The notes: generated by a model not told the origin, from the letters alone. Positions 35,537 through 48,674 are shown, numbered from the whole stretch's first letter. The stretch is 63,986 nucleotides of DNA, filler included, from Dimargaris cristalligena (GCA_003614675.1; 9 parts of 9 records of this genome joined end to end with filler, not necessarily neighbours in it); one strand, 5' to 3'. Translations and numbers: made by a program.

Positions 35537-36124
35537 TCATTCAAAATACTGCCGTAGCACTTCGTCACGGTACAGAGTCTCGTGGCGACATACAAAATAA
35601 TATACATGGAGAAAGAACCGGGGGAATTTGCCGGCAAAATACTGGTAATAGCCATCGGGGTACGACCCGTAGATTTGTTTGACTTGGTAAGCCGCCTCAC
35701 TGTAGTGGACGCCCTTATTCCGGATGGCGGTGAGGAGAGTTTGGACCCGTTGGGTATCAAAGCCGCGCTTCTCCTTGATGGACCGTTGGATGGGGGGGCT
35801 CGAGGGGGGTGAACCAGTCGCCCCCGATAATGTCGCGGCCCCGCGCAGATTCCTCCAGGTCCAAGGCCAGGGGAGAGTCCCGATCCTTGGCCTTGATCCG
35901 CAGGCAGTCGGACACCTTGTACAGGAATTCGAGCCGTTGTTCCGGGGTCCAGAAGAACGGATGTCGGAGGATTTGGGCCGTGGAGGGTCGTTCCCGGGAG
36001 TCAGGACTGATCATCCAGCGCACTAAATCGACCGCCTCTTCACAGCCCCCCGCCCCGGCGGCGGTCTCTTGGATGGCCTCCACGGTGACTTCCGGTCGGT
36101 TCTCCAGGATATTCAGGTCCCGCG
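35537..36124 (-). CDS. IRE1-like kinase C-lobe plus KEN endoribonuclease domain (3' fragment; 1-nt frameshift in the homopolymer at 35792-35798)
   Basis: EAVDLVRWMISPDSRERPSTAQILRHPFFWTPEQRLEFLYKVSD; after removing one base, LLTAIRNKGVHY...PDGYYQYFAGKFPRFFLHVY...RQYFE*. Confidence 0.85.
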
Positions 36125-36224
36125 NNNNNNNNNNNNNNNNNNNNNNNNNNNNNNNNNNNNNNNNNNNNTTAATTAATTAANNNNNNNNNNNNNNNNNNNN
36201 NNNNNNNNNNNNNNNNNNNNNNNN

Positions 36225-36704
36225 TTTCTAGCGAAAATTTGTTTCTCTATCTTTCTCCTTCTTTTATTCCTTCCTACCATCCGACCCTATTAGGTTATTC
36301 TATTTTTACTATCAAAATTTGTCTCTGCCGTGTTCTTTACACATGTGCACGACGACCTTTCGGTTATTATAGACCGTGGACTTGTCCATTGTGCGAAATA
36401 AGTATCGCCAATAAATAACAAAACGTCGACGGCATCTATTAACGATAATTATAAGCATAAATATAACCCCACCTACTATACTGGTACTCAATTGAGTACC
36501 AGCACTGCCCCTGCCCTTTCTGGGCGTACCCCCTCCCCATCGCAATATAGGCCAAGTCTCCTTGGCTTATGTTGGCAGCGATGGATGGGTGGATAATATA
36601 GGGGGGGAAGGTTATGTCCGTCCCCTAAAGGTCACGTAACCTAAATATAATGGCCCCCCTATGTGGATTTTACCTTATATAGTTGGGTTGAACTTCACCC
36701 ATAT
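36225..36704 (+). mobile_element. Right part of a TIR DNA transposon ending in the TIR
   Basis: Homologous to 14860-15087; ends CCTTATATAGTTGGGTTGAACTTCACCCATAT. Confidence 0.7.
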
Positions 36705-37451
36705 TCACTAAATCAGGATTATTGAAATAATTGGGAGCTACTAGCCAATCAATATGCCAAGAGATGCATAAATTAGTCCCAGGATCAAGTTATTTTAGTG
36801 GAATTTACCCAACTATTATCATTTTTCTATGCATTGTATATCAGATGGCTGGCACGGTGGAGAAATGATATACCAGAAAAGCTCATAGTGTAGGTGCTCA
36901 AATCATTGGGGCGCTGCTGGGTACACAAAAGCCGTACATCGGGATAACTCATTTATTTCCAACAGGACTTACCTCAATTACCCGAACAAGGTAAAGGAGT
37001 GGCCTGCAGGACTTTTACAGTTTTCGTGGGAGATGCTTATAAAATGGCATGGGTTTTCAGTGGGGTATACCTGAAGAAGTGTAGGACTACACTCTGCCCA
37101 ATAGCCAAATCTTTTGAAACACTCGTCTACTACATACTTTATTTAAATATGGGCGAAATTAGATGTATACTTCAATAATAATAAGGGCTATATGCATACA
37201 GCTGGCAAAAGTTGGTGAATAGGGCAATGCGAGTTGAATTAGACAGAGTTTATCCACAGAAGTAACCCAAATAAATAATAGGGAATTGTAATTACCCTCC
37301 GCCAAGCCATTGCCTTGCTTATACAGTATAAATATAGAGTATTGCTACACAAACCCTCAGCCATACTTAAGGCCAGCTACTCATAAATAATACTGGCCAA
37401 TTATATAGGCCATTGAGCCAGAGCCACATTAGACCGATCTAGTACACGTCG

Positions 37452-40397
37452 TTACTGGTGGTCATTGAGTTTCATGAATACTTCTTCCAAAGTGGTCATG
37501 GACAGGCCAACCGCCACAATACCCAATGTCCGCTGGGGAACGCTCGCTTCCAGCTGATTAAAAAGCGCTGGAAACGTGGAGGTATCCGTCTGCAGGGGCA
37601 ACAGGTACGTTAAGTCCTGCTCCGTTTCGGCGTACACTATAGATCCCGGGACGGCTGCGGTAACTAGGTTATGCAGACGCTCCAGGCGGTCCGAACTACG
37701 CCGCGACATGGGATCACGGGGGTCCGATCTGGGCATGGTCAAATCGACGGAGGAGACGGCCGGTTGGTCCGATTGAATGCTGGTGGTGGCCGAATACTGG
37801 CCGAGGAAGGAGCCGGCGGCCGGGCCTCGGTTGGTCCAGCTGTTCGCCTGGGACTGGAATTGGGACTGGTCCTTGGTTAGGTGAAGCTGGTAGCCGGAAC
37901 CAAACCGATTCTTCAAAAACAGTGAAGTACCATAGGCCTGGAGCTTACCCTTGGCCATAATGGCGATGCGGTCGCCCAGGACATCGGCTTCCTCCATACT
38001 GTGCGATGTCAAAATCATGGCTCGGTCGTGCTGCTTGGCGGCTTGGATAAACTCCCAGGTGTACTTGCGGGAATACACGTCCATGCCGGTCGTGGGTTCG
38101 TCCAATAGCACTAGTTTAGGATCGCCCATGAGGGCAAAGGCAACACTCAGGCGACGTTTCATACCACCCGAGTAAGTTGAAACAAGTCGATCGGCCTTTT
38201 CAAGCAATTTGACCTTGTCCAGCAGTCCGCGAAGGTAATCGCGGTGGCGGAGAACTTGCTCCTTAGAATCGGAGGAGGGGGACCCAATGATAATACCCCG
38301 TACCTCCATGAATAGTTCCAGGTGCTCGTACCCAGTCAGCCAATCGAGGAAAATGTTAAATTGCGGGCAAATGGAGGTTTCGGATTGAAGTTTCTTGAGC
38401 AAATGGTTGGTGTCGGTGGGGTCGGAGTCAGCGGTGGGTAAAGTGCGGTCAAAGATGGTCACTTCACCACCAGTTGGCAGCAGGGAAGTGGCCAGGATGC
38501 TCACAGTCGTTGTTTTTCCCGCACCATTGTGGCCCAATAGGGCCATAATCTGGTTACGGTGCAAGTTAAGGTTGAGGTCATCCACAGCCCGAAAGGGCTC
38601 TGCCGAGGTGTTGTTCAATCGCCGGCGGATCAGATGGATTAGTGCGGCGATGGGAGTGCGGGGTGACTTGGCGGAAGTAGCGTAGACTTTAGTTAGGTGA
38701 CGAATTTCTACCGCGTTGCGGGTGGCCTCCGGGATATCATTCACCTCGTCCTTTTCGATCATATCGGGGGTGAGCCCCGAGGCGGAGATAGCCGTCCCCA
38801 TGTGACGCATGGGTATCGAGGCTTCGTCCACTGACGCGGATGACCGCGGATACATGAGGCCCTGCACGCCCGCTTCTGATACGCTAAAATCGTGCTCTTC
38901 CCTGGATTGAACCAGGACCGGTGCACTTGATCTCCAGTAACTGCTCTTGAACAAAAAGTTCCAGCCGAGAGGTCGATTGGACGAAGTGGCCGAAATGGAA
39001 TGGGCATACCACGCAATGAACAGGTAGAGCACGATGTCGACGGCCAACATACCGAAGCAACGCGGGAGTGGATCCGAGTACTGTAGGGTACTATAATTGA
39101 TGGGCGTTTGGGTGCTCTCGGCCTTGAGCATGGTTTGGATGGCACTGGCGAAGGCGGTATGCGAGATGAGATATATCAACCATTCGCCGGCTTCACTGAT
39201 GCCCACGACGTAGATGTTAGCTACGATGGCCAAGAACATGCCGATAATGACCCCAATCTGGGTCACGTTGGAAGCCCGACTCCGTTCGCTGATGAAACAG
39301 CCAATAAATAACCCTAGGCCGATATTGGTCATTTGGAATAAGAAGATGGCCAGAAAGACCAGAAACCAGTGGGTCTGGGTGAAGAACTGTCCGGCACACG
39401 TGATGATCGTGGCGATGACTGAAGTCAAGAAGTACATACCGGTTTGAAAGACCGCAATCGAGCCCATATATGTGGCCTCGTTGAGTCCCATCATCAACAA
39501 GACCTGTTTAATCTGGGTTTCCTTCTCGTGAACGACCAGAACGACAATGTGGATGACGGACAGGCCGAGACCGAGGACCATGAGATATGGGCCTACCGCT
39601 ACGATGTAGGTGTTGCTATAATCGTCACCGGCGAATTTAGAGATACTTATGGCTGGGCTTTCGAGATCGACCGAGCGTCGCGCTAATCCGCTCTCGGAAG
39701 AGCGCGGATTGATGGCCGATAGCGGTGACGGCAATCGGGGCAGACTACGCCCGTCGCGGTAGACATTCTGAATGGCGCGTTCCACGTAGACCTGGGCAGT
39801 TAAGCACAGAGTGTCGATGAACCCGACGGTCCCGATGGCCGTGTGGTTACAGTGGAGCGAAAAGGAGGGGGAGTTTTCGAGCGAGCCCAGGTCGGCCCGG
39901 ACGGACCGGGAGTTGTTGGCCGTCGTGGACGAGGTCAGGTCGGGCAGAGTTACCCCCACCAGAGTTCCGGCGGGGTCGCGCTCATATTGGTCGAACAGGT
40001 CCTGGCGTGAAGCAAAATACTGGGTGCGAATGGGGTGGGGCTCGGACTGGTCGAATAGCTCCTGAAGGGCCGTCAACAAGGGCTCCTGACTCGTGGTGTT
40101 GGTGTAGGCAAAGTGAAGGCATGAGGTACAATTGGCGGACAGGGGCGGGAGAGCATCGACCTGGCTGGAGCCAATGGTTCGACGAGCGCTAAAATTGAGG
40201 GCGACCAGAAGGACTAGAAAGTAGATGCTCATGAGAAACTCAAAAGCCAAGATAGGACGGTTGCGAATGCGCGATACGAAGATCTTTTTGAGCAGAATGC
40301 GGAGGGAGCGGTGCCAGCTGGGCTGAAGGGTGACCGCGTGCGAGCCCGCATAGGAGGGGGCGGCTCCCTCTTTAACGGGGTCGGCAGAGAAGGACAT
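37452..40397 (-). CDS. Half-size ABCA-subfamily transporter (TMD then NBD), intronless, 981 aa
   Basis: VHEKETQIKQVLLMMGL, Walker A GHNGAGKTT, signature YSGGMKRRL, Walker B LLDEPTTG, LTSHSMEEAD, FLKNRFGSGY, TTLEEVF. Confidence 0.93.
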   Translation of the reverse strand: MSFSADPVKEGAAPSYAGSHAVTLQPSWHRSLRILLKKIFVSRIRNRPILAFEFLMSIYFLVLLVALNFSARRTIGSSQVDALPPLSANCTSCLHFAYTNTTSQEPLLTALQELFDQSEPHPIRTQYFASRQDLFDQYERDPAGTLVGVTLPDLTSSTTANNSRSVRADLGSLENSPSFSLHCNHTAIGTVGFIDTLCLTAQVYVERAIQNVYRDGRSLPRLPSPLSAINPRSSESGLARRSVDLESPAISISKFAGDDYSNTYIVAVGPYLMVLGLGLSVIHIVVLVVHEKETQIKQVLLMMGLNEATYMGSIAVFQTGMYFLTSVIATIITCAGQFFTQTHWFLVFLAIFLFQMTNIGLGLFIGCFISERSRASNVTQIGVIIGMFLAIVANIYVVGISEAGEWLIYLISHTAFASAIQTMLKAESTQTPINYSTLQYSDPLPRCFGMLAVDIVLYLFIAWYAHSISATSSNRPLGWNFLFKSSYWRSSAPVLVQSREEHDFSVSEAGVQGLMYPRSSASVDEASIPMRHMGTAISASGLTPDMIEKDEVNDIPEATRNAVEIRHLTKVYATSAKSPRTPIAALIHLIRRRLNNTSAEPFRAVDDLNLNLHRNQIMALLGHNGAGKTTTVSILATSLLPTGGEVTIFDRTLPTADSDPTDTNHLLKKLQSETSICPQFNIFLDWLTGYEHLELFMEVRGIIIGSPSSDSKEQVLRHRDYLRGLLDKVKLLEKADRLVSTYSGGMKRRLSVAFALMGDPKLVLLDEPTTGMDVYSRKYTWEFIQAAKQHDRAMILTSHSMEEADVLGDRIAIMAKGKLQAYGTSLFLKNRFGSGYQLHLTKDQSQFQSQANSWTNRGPAAGSFLGQYSATTSIQSDQPAVSSVDLTMPRSDPRDPMSRRSSDRLERLHNLVTAAVPGSIVYAETEQDLTYLLPLQTDTSTFPALFNQLEASVPQRTLGIVAVGLSMTTLEEVFMKLNDHQ

Positions 40398-41078
40398 GTT
40401 AAAAGTACACTCGTGCAGCAGGAGGTAGACAGAATATACGAATTCCTGAGCAATGAGACCCAATGGGCTAGTATTAAATAGTATAGGACCCGAGAAAGTG
40501 AAATGAGATATATGTTAAATAGGGGGACAAGTTGGATAAAGAGAAGCGGCAAGGCTTAACTATATATTCCCTGGACTTGAGGAATTATCGAAGTTCAGAG
40601 CAGAGGACATAGGGACGCTCGTCACAGGGACCGATAGGTGCGGGGTTCTATGCCCACCAGGTCCGTGTGCCAAGACCTGTTATTACACATCGTTTGTTCG
40701 TTGCTTCTCCCAAGAAACTCCAAAATCTTTTCACAGTTCAGCCTATTTATAGGGAAAAGTAATACTACTATCCTCTCAGGATCTTCCTTTTCCTCCGCCC
40801 TCTCCGTCCATTGGTGGAAAAAAAAGGACAAACAGTGCTGATCATTTCCTAACCCAAATGAAGGCATTTCGTTGTTAGTGGATCTCGGCGACCTAACGAA
40901 TACCATTTGGGCCTGGCGCACTTGGCGCCGACATGATTCGCCTTTAAAGATAGTTATTGTCGCCGACTATTCGCTACTGCGGGCCATGCGCACTATATAT
41001 AACGCAACAATTAAGCCCAGGTCATTTGACCTACTTCCCTGATAGAGTTCTAAAAAGGTTCATACAGCCTACTGTTCT

Positions 41079-41222
41079 ATATGGGAGAAGTTCATTCAGG
41101 CTGTATAATGAAATATCCATTGGATGAGGCCAATATTACTGGTTAAAAGATATTCTTACATATATTTGTCCATACACGTATTATGTAAAACCTTATACAG
41201 CTGGTTTGAATTTCACCCATAT
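41079..41222. mobile_element. MITE of about 144 bp from the same TIR family
   Basis: Imperfect 32-bp inverted repeats ATATGGGAGAAGTTCATTCAGGCTGTATAATG and CCTTATACAGCTGGTTTGAATTTCACCCATAT, with TA at both ends. Confidence 0.6.
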
Positions 41223-42593
41223 GCTACATAATGCTTCCAAATCCGGATCTCTAAAAAAACCCCCGCACATTGACTAGACGCAACGCTTGTAAATGTTTAT
41301 CCAACAAACCAACGTCATAATTGCTATGCCAAGCAACCGCCCCTTTCATTCGAACATGAAAGGCCTAGCTCAGGACTTCCGTGTAAAACACACTTACAGG
41401 CTTGGCCTTTTTTACCCGCCAAACAGCATTACACCAATATTTTCAACTACATTCCAACTCACCCGAGACCTTCTTACCCAGTTGGACCTTATTTTCCCAT
41501 AATACGCCAATAGTGAACATTAGCTAGGCTACCTTTCCACTGGGGGCTATTATACTCTAAAGTACTTATTGACTGCCACAAGGTGGATGCCTGGCATCCC
41601 GTAGTTGGGAACCCATTGCCGCTGTACCAGCGACGTCCCTTGGCCTTTTTCGGACAAATCAAATCCCCAATGGAGTTTCCGTGTGAATTAAAAGAGGGGA
41701 TACAGCAAACAGTGCATTTGCGGCCCCTTACTAGTTTATGACCAAGTAACAACGGTACACTCAGGGCAGCCAGGTGGTCGGTTATCACTACCACTTCTCT
41801 ACAGGTAACCATTGTAGTAGCCACATATATTTACCCTTCTAAAAAGAAGTTCCCATTCCCTCACAAGGGTTCTAGAAACGAGATTGGAAGATGTCGGTCT
41901 TTCTGTCCTGCTTCGATGGATGGTCTATCCATAAAACCACTCTTACTATTTAACTTGGAGCATTGGTTGATAGGTCTATATAGCATGGTTGGGTTGCCGA
42001 TTGCCTAAGTCTTGGGATGCCAAGGCTGAACCCGATTCATAAAGGCGACCCTTGAAGATAGTGACATCACAGGCGGTGTTCGAAAAAACTGCTGCTTAAA
42101 ATAAGGCATGTCCAGCAAAAATAGTTTTATACAATATAATCGGACTCGTAAACCTTATTTTTCTAACATGAATGGACTGGGTCTCTTCCTTTTACACATT
42201 TCTCTCGTTATAAGCTATTTTGCAGTAACCTAGCCAGCCGGAGTAAGCGCCATTACGTTTACATGATAACACAAATACATTGATATAACTGTGATTCCAG
42301 GGTTCTATCAGTTTAGTCGAAATGTAATGAGATTTATTCACTTGGCAGCCAGCTGCCTTGTGTCAACCCTAGCTTTGCAGGGTGAAGTAAAGGACTCTCA
42401 ATACCAAATAACACCCTCAGGTTAACAGATTTCCACTTAATTATACTGCTGCATTTCCCCTGAAAGCCTGGTGTATATATTTTTAGCCTGGATCACATAT
42501 CATCATAGGGTAAAATCCAAATAAACATTAGAATGCCTACACCTATGTAGAATAAGCCTCAAAGGACACTTAAAATATGGTTATCAGGGGGGT

Positions 42594-43178
42594 TGTCACC
42601 CGGGTTACCCACTCTTAGTCCATCAAGAGTCCCAGGGATAGGCTTCTAATGGTAGGTGGGGCTTAGACTCAGCCAAGTGGGCTATTAGCATCAGGTATGG
42701 GGCACAGTACTAACTAATAAAGGCTTAGATGATTGGTTATGCAAGGGATGTGCAGTGGGCACACTTACTGGTCAGTACAAAGGGGTGTGAGCATATATAG
42801 AGTTTATTGGGGGTAAACTAAGGGGGTAAGAATAAGCTGAGGAATTGAACTGGTCCTAATGGGGGCCCAGTTATATATATACAGGGACAACTCCAGAGGG
42901 AGGTCCCAAGGGAAATGCTACTTAGACTAAGGTATACTAAATAGGCTAACTGGATGGTTGTGAGGGTCTAGAAGACTTGGGTGGTAACCAGAAGAGTTGT
43001 CAGGTCAGTACTGGAGTGAGTGGTATGAGCCTAAGAGTCTGGAAGGGGGATGGTTATATAATATAGAATGATCCCATAGTACCGGGGGTGACCATGGGAA
43101 GGTTAATATGGTGTTATCAGGCCTAACAAGGGCAGATGATCATTAAGTCCAGATTAAGTCAGATTAGGAGGGCCAGCA
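42594..43178 (+). mobile_element. Solo LTR, less-mutated family copy
   Basis: TGTCACCCGGG...GGGCCAGCA; aligns with the other copies. Confidence 0.85.
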
Positions 43179-43452
43179 GTAATAGTAATAATGAAATTGC
43201 TAAGGTTTAAACCTGGTTTAGGCCAGTGTGATATTTGTCATTGACTAGGCTGATTGTACTCTTAGCTTTATATCTTGAAATAGCTATAGGAAATTGGCAA
43301 TGTTCCATAAATCTACTGACTACCTATCGCACACAATGGCCTAGGGTGCCTTNNNNNNNNNNNNNNNNNNNNNNNNNNNNNNNNNNNNNNNNNNNNTTAA
43401 TTAATTAANNNNNNNNNNNNNNNNNNNNNNNNNNNNNNNNNNNNNNNNNNNN

Positions 43453-43577
43453 GTTATATGATATAGGGTGATCCCATAGTACTGGGGGTGACCATGGGAA
43501 GGTTAATGTGGTGCTATAAGGCCTAATAAGGGTAGACAGCATGGTGTTTGGATTAAGGTGGATTAGAAGGGCTGACA
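43453..43577 (+). mobile_element. End of an LTR of the same family at the contig edge
   Basis: Matches the last ~125 bp of the LTR, ending GGGCTGACA. Confidence 0.8.
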
Positions 43578-45529
43578 TATCCTACAAGTAGAATTTATAA
43601 TATATATCCAGTCTGAATTTCATCCACATTATTATAGTTTATAAATAAAATATGATTTACTGACCTTTTATAAAATCATCATGCTAAGGACCTGCTACTG
43701 CATTAGTCATAAAAACAATACCACTATTCACTTTCCTGCATTGGCAACCAGTCAAAGTGAAGTGGAAAAATCCAAAATAAAAAAAAAACATAACTAATGG
43801 AACTTGTAGAACAAGGTGAAGGGTAAGTGCTCCATTTAATAACTGCGGCTTATTTTTTAAACATTTTTTAAGACTTACAAGTCAGAATCAGCTGAATATA
43901 CCCACTCATCTGTATGATACAGAGGCAACAATTAGATTAAGGCACTAATAAATAAGACAGTGCAAGATAAAAGACCATAGCCCATTTGACCTCAAAAAAT
44001 TTGATATTAGTACTTGAAAACAAGACTAAAAAAGGCAGGTCATTGAAATAGCTAAGTGAACAAGTGCCAAATCATTACAGAAGCCTACAGTAGTAGCACT
44101 TCAGTAACTAATAATAACATATTGCTATAGTGACGGCCCAAAAATGGAATGTTAGTATTGTATGGCCATGTACTTACAGGGATGATGGGCTGAAAAGAGT
44201 AGTTGTATAATCGAGAATGTAGTAGATTAGAAAATTTGGGACTACTGATAGTTTCTTGAACTAACACAATAGTCTTTGTCTAAAAACACAGGATTCCCCC
44301 TGGTACAATACTATGGAAGGAGTACATGAAGCCTTCTGGTTATAGATTCAATGTGACTGATTCTTGGCAAGGATTTCAAGTGGTATTCATCACTGCCATC
44401 AACATTACTGAAATTATCAAGACTATGTGATTTACTAATTCACAGACAAGGCATGTAAAACATGGATAATGTCCCATAAAGGACAGGCCGCAGTCTCCAA
44501 AAGAATTGTGGACTTGCCAGGAATTAACTTCCTTTTTGAAAACTTCTCAATTTCAATCCCAATAGTTAACAAAGGGTATGGTGAAGATATATGCCTCTTT
44601 TGGACCTGTTCAGACTATCCATTATGAGTCCACTTATTGTTCTCCTGCCCTTTTTTTGTTAAGCAAAACTTCCCTAACCCATTTGGGTTGCATGGTTGCC
44701 ATTTCCAATAGTATACTACTAGTGATTTTTTCATAATAAAAGTGTGTATAAAAGGCATTAGTTTTCCCCACATTTATCAGTCAATTTTCTTTCATACAAG
44801 CACTTTAATACAATGCCCATGTTAAAGACGGTTTTTCTATCAAACATTCCTTGTGGCCCCATATGCAACCAGGGGCCACATTCTGCAGTATTGCAGAAAT
44901 CCAATCATAGTACTCCCCTTTGTAAGAAAAAGGGGTATAGGCCCAATAAGAGATCATGGAGGGATTTCCCTAATTTTATATGGTCAGCCCCCCCTCTACC
45001 CCAAGAGGATGGCACCCCCCCTCCCCCATCCAACCCATAGTGAAATACCAGGGATCACTTGTGATGGTGGGGGGTTTCTATTCTTTGGAATATATGTAGT
45101 ATGTTATTAGTATTATATGTATTTTGATTAATAGATTTTTCTAATGAGGATCTTTGACCTTTTTATACTAATTTGGTATTTTTTAGTGGAATGTTCCTTA
45201 TTTGTCTGGTTTATACCAATTAATTTTATGTGGTATTGGAAATCAAAGATTAGTTGTTGATTTTACACCAGTCATCCAATCAACAGACAAAGGCTTGGTG
45301 GCTGAGTTCATCAATTAATTCATGGCCATGGAAATAGGCTTGGTTTTATTCACAGGTAATTTTGACTCTTGAATAGATGACAGTATCTGGTTCTGGTCAA
45401 ATTAAAAATTAGTTTGGAACTACCAGTGTACTCATTTTTACCTATCCACTTCAATATTATCTCTACATCCCAATGTTAATTGAAATCACAATCCACGGTT
45501 TATTGTAAACAACTTGAATTTTTTCTAAC

Positions 45530-46094
45530 TATCACCCCTCCTAATCCGACCTAATCCATCCACTAATGATTGCTGTCATAGCAGGCCATATAGCGACATA
45601 GTGTACCCCCAGTCCTAATGGGGCCGGACATCCAATATATATCATCTTACTAGCCGGACCCCCCCCGGAGTTTGCACTACTCACTCCTAGGTGATCCTAG
45701 TGTCTTCCAGTTCCCATGGAAGCCTCCACTCATACGAGGACCACCCAGCCCTCCCTATTGTTATCTTAGTTATGTAGTTTCCCCTCGGGACCTCCCTTGG
45801 AGTAGTCCCCCATGTATATATAACCGGGCCCCCCATGGGGACTGGTTAATACCTTAGCTTATTCCGACCCCTTAGTTTACCTCAAATAAACCCTATATAT
45901 ACTTACCCCCATACTGACTAGTAAGTGTGCATTGGTGCACATCCCCCACATACATAGTGACACTTGCTTTATTCAGTTAGTATCAGCCCTACCTAATGCT
46001 AGCAGCCCACTTGGCCATGCCCAATGCCCTGCCTCCCATTAGAAGCCTATCCCCGAGACTCTTGACAGACTAAGAGTGGTTAACTCGGGTGACA
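45530..46094 (-). mobile_element. Solo LTR (divergent subfamily) with 5-bp target-site duplication CTAAC
   Basis: CTAAC at 45525-45529 and 46095-46099 flanks an inverted copy of the LTR. Confidence 0.88.
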
Positions 46095-48674
46095 CTAACT
46101 AACCCAAAACAATATTTCTTTCCCTTTTACTAATAAAATTCCGTTTATTAAACCTATACTTCGATATTTATATCAACTGGATATCAAGCACACACCTAAT
46201 TTACTGGATATCAGTATATATTTTTGCACTTTTATTGTAGTTTTTTATTTTGAGATCAAATATGGCAACACGGAACAGAGCCTGTTGTATAGGGTTCTTA
46301 TCAGTTCGGTTGGGTAGGCCATGGAAAATATGGTGCTGCTATTGATATCTTCAGACAGGACACAAATGGTCCCAAAAACAAATTTATTACGTGTTCATAT
46401 GCACCAACGTCCCAGGATATTTGTTATACCAGCTATATCCATGATATGGCCATGGGGTTGGGTCGTGTTCATCTTAAGCCCATTGAATAGCTCTTCCCAG
46501 GAAGGAAACTGCCAACCCCTGGGGTCGTTTAGTATGACAAAGCCACCAGAATATAATCCAATATCAAGCAATCAATTATTTAGTCCAGTAGCATAGTACC
46601 CGAATTATTATTACTCTCGGCAATAACCCACTTGCTCCGATTGAATCAAAGCCCAAGTTTATTAGTAGGGCCCTGAGTCGTAATGGTCAGTTGTTAGTGA
46701 AAACTCCCAAGGCACTGCGCAGTTGGGAATAATGTAAGGGCCCTTACTTCCGGTTATCCCGTCGGATGTTCAATATCTCTGAGCAAATGCCTATCTTGGA
46801 CCACCCATGAGATAACCTGAAATAGAGATCGCTGCCCTGCCTGGACAGCCTTTCCGTTACCCGGGGTCACATACATATAGGTGAGATTCAGCCAGGCTGT
46901 ATAACGAAGAATCCATTGGATAAGGCACATGCTGCTGGTTGAAAATGAATCTCCCGCATGGTTTCCCATCCACATATCATTTGAAATATTATACGGCTGG
47001 GTCGCATTTAACCGATATTGTGGCTTTCGCCCATAGTGTAACACCTTTCAATTAGGAGTTTGTGTCTTCCTTCAGTCATTAAATCAAATTTCATAACTTA
47101 TTTCTGAAGAATTTAATGATTCACCGGTGGTCTGTAAACAGGGGGGTAGCTTAATGATTAACCCCTTTATTTACCATCATCAGGGAATGGTCCTTGGGCA
47201 TATGTCGTCGGTATATTAAGGGCCTAAAGTCGCATCATAGTCAATTCCTTGTGGGTGCCTTGGTCATACTTTTATGCAACTGCTGTCGTTATCCTTTTTA
47301 TTAATGCAGCCCTTCTAGGGCAATCCAAAACGTTGATAAGTGTTAATGTAATCAGTATCGTCTGAGTAACTGGTGCTTCAATTTCTCCCTCGCCCATAAT
47401 GTTTATCTAGGGCGGTACATGACACGAATAAGCCTGTCAAAGACCAGTCGATACTTATTTACTATCATAGATGATATTTAAAACCTCTCTCCCCCTATCT
47501 CTGACTACTTCCCACCCCTTCATTTATTTTTTATAAAAAAGTCTAGGTTACTGGCTCGGGTTGCTAATATGGGATGCCTCAACGAAAGGAATGAAAGGAT
47601 ATCCTCGATTAGGGAAACACAATGAGCCCAATTATAAAAACATTTCCATTCCAAGGGAAGAGCCATTAGTCGCCATGCATATGTATGCATATTTCTATAT
47701 ATAGAAGGGATGGAACGGAGAACCCCCCGGTGGGGTGATGAGGGCGGGCTAGAAATGACCAGGTGGGGGAGGATTATTTCGCCATACTGGTAAATTAAGT
47801 GCCAATCGGATATATTTTGATCTAATGAATGTAAAATTGGTCGGCCAGGCCATTGTAGTGACCATATGGGGCTGTATGGAGATACCAATAGGAAACCGTA
47901 TATTTAGAGCTTCCCCACCCAATTCTATTATCGCACAGTAGCTTAAGCATTCTGATCCTACCCATCAGTGTATATTAACCAATACTTCTAATTTTTAATA
48001 AAACACCATCGAGTATCATTCAGGCATTTTTGGATATGGGGATTAGTGAGTGATCTAATGATACCAGTGAATAATAGCAAAAGATAAGAAAAGGCAAGAA
48101 ATATCCCCCCAAACAGGGCTATTAAAAAGCAACTTCCACTTTGGGAAGACGCGCCGACGCGACGCGTACAATTGCCACAATGAGCCATATGAATTAGGGT
48201 AATATACGACTGAGGCAGTGCCATTCTGCCCAGAATTTCTCCTCCTGTAGAGGCCGAGGAGCGGACCTGATAGAGGAAGCCACCTGTATCATTGCTTCCC
48301 ATTAATCCCGTAGTACTCCCCTGCATAACTATCCCGGCGTATACAACTCTTTTCCTTCAGGGGGAAGCACCGTGCTCTCACAGCAACCAACAACTCGGTC
48401 GATATGGGTCCATTCCGCCTGGCTTTGTGGAGCAAAATCAAAACAACAAAAAAAGGATATATTTTACCAAACCCCAGCGACTCGGGCCACACTCCCCTAT
48501 ATGGGCCATTCTCCATATAAATACAGATACCGCCCAGCCCGTAGCACCCTATCCACTTCTCACCTCTTCACCGTTCCAGAAGCCATAACAGCTGGCACCT
48601 ACCACTTTCAATTACCTATCAACCGTCACCCTCCCTTTCTTATTATCTCCTCCTCTCAACCCAAACACACCATC

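Noticed and set aside
40573-40665. Selenocysteine tRNA
   Set aside because: Length is suggestive but there is no TCA anticodon loop or 9/4 fold.
36673-41222. ABCA gene carried inside a composite transposon
   Set aside because: The flanking TIRs belong to two separate elements; the upstream one is a right end and 41191-41222 pairs with 41079-41110.
41293-42500. Short ORFs downstream of the MITE
   Set aside because: Multiple stops and no identifiable domain.
43580-47900. AT-rich region with fragmentary ORFs around the solo LTR
   Set aside because: Too degraded to assign by eye.
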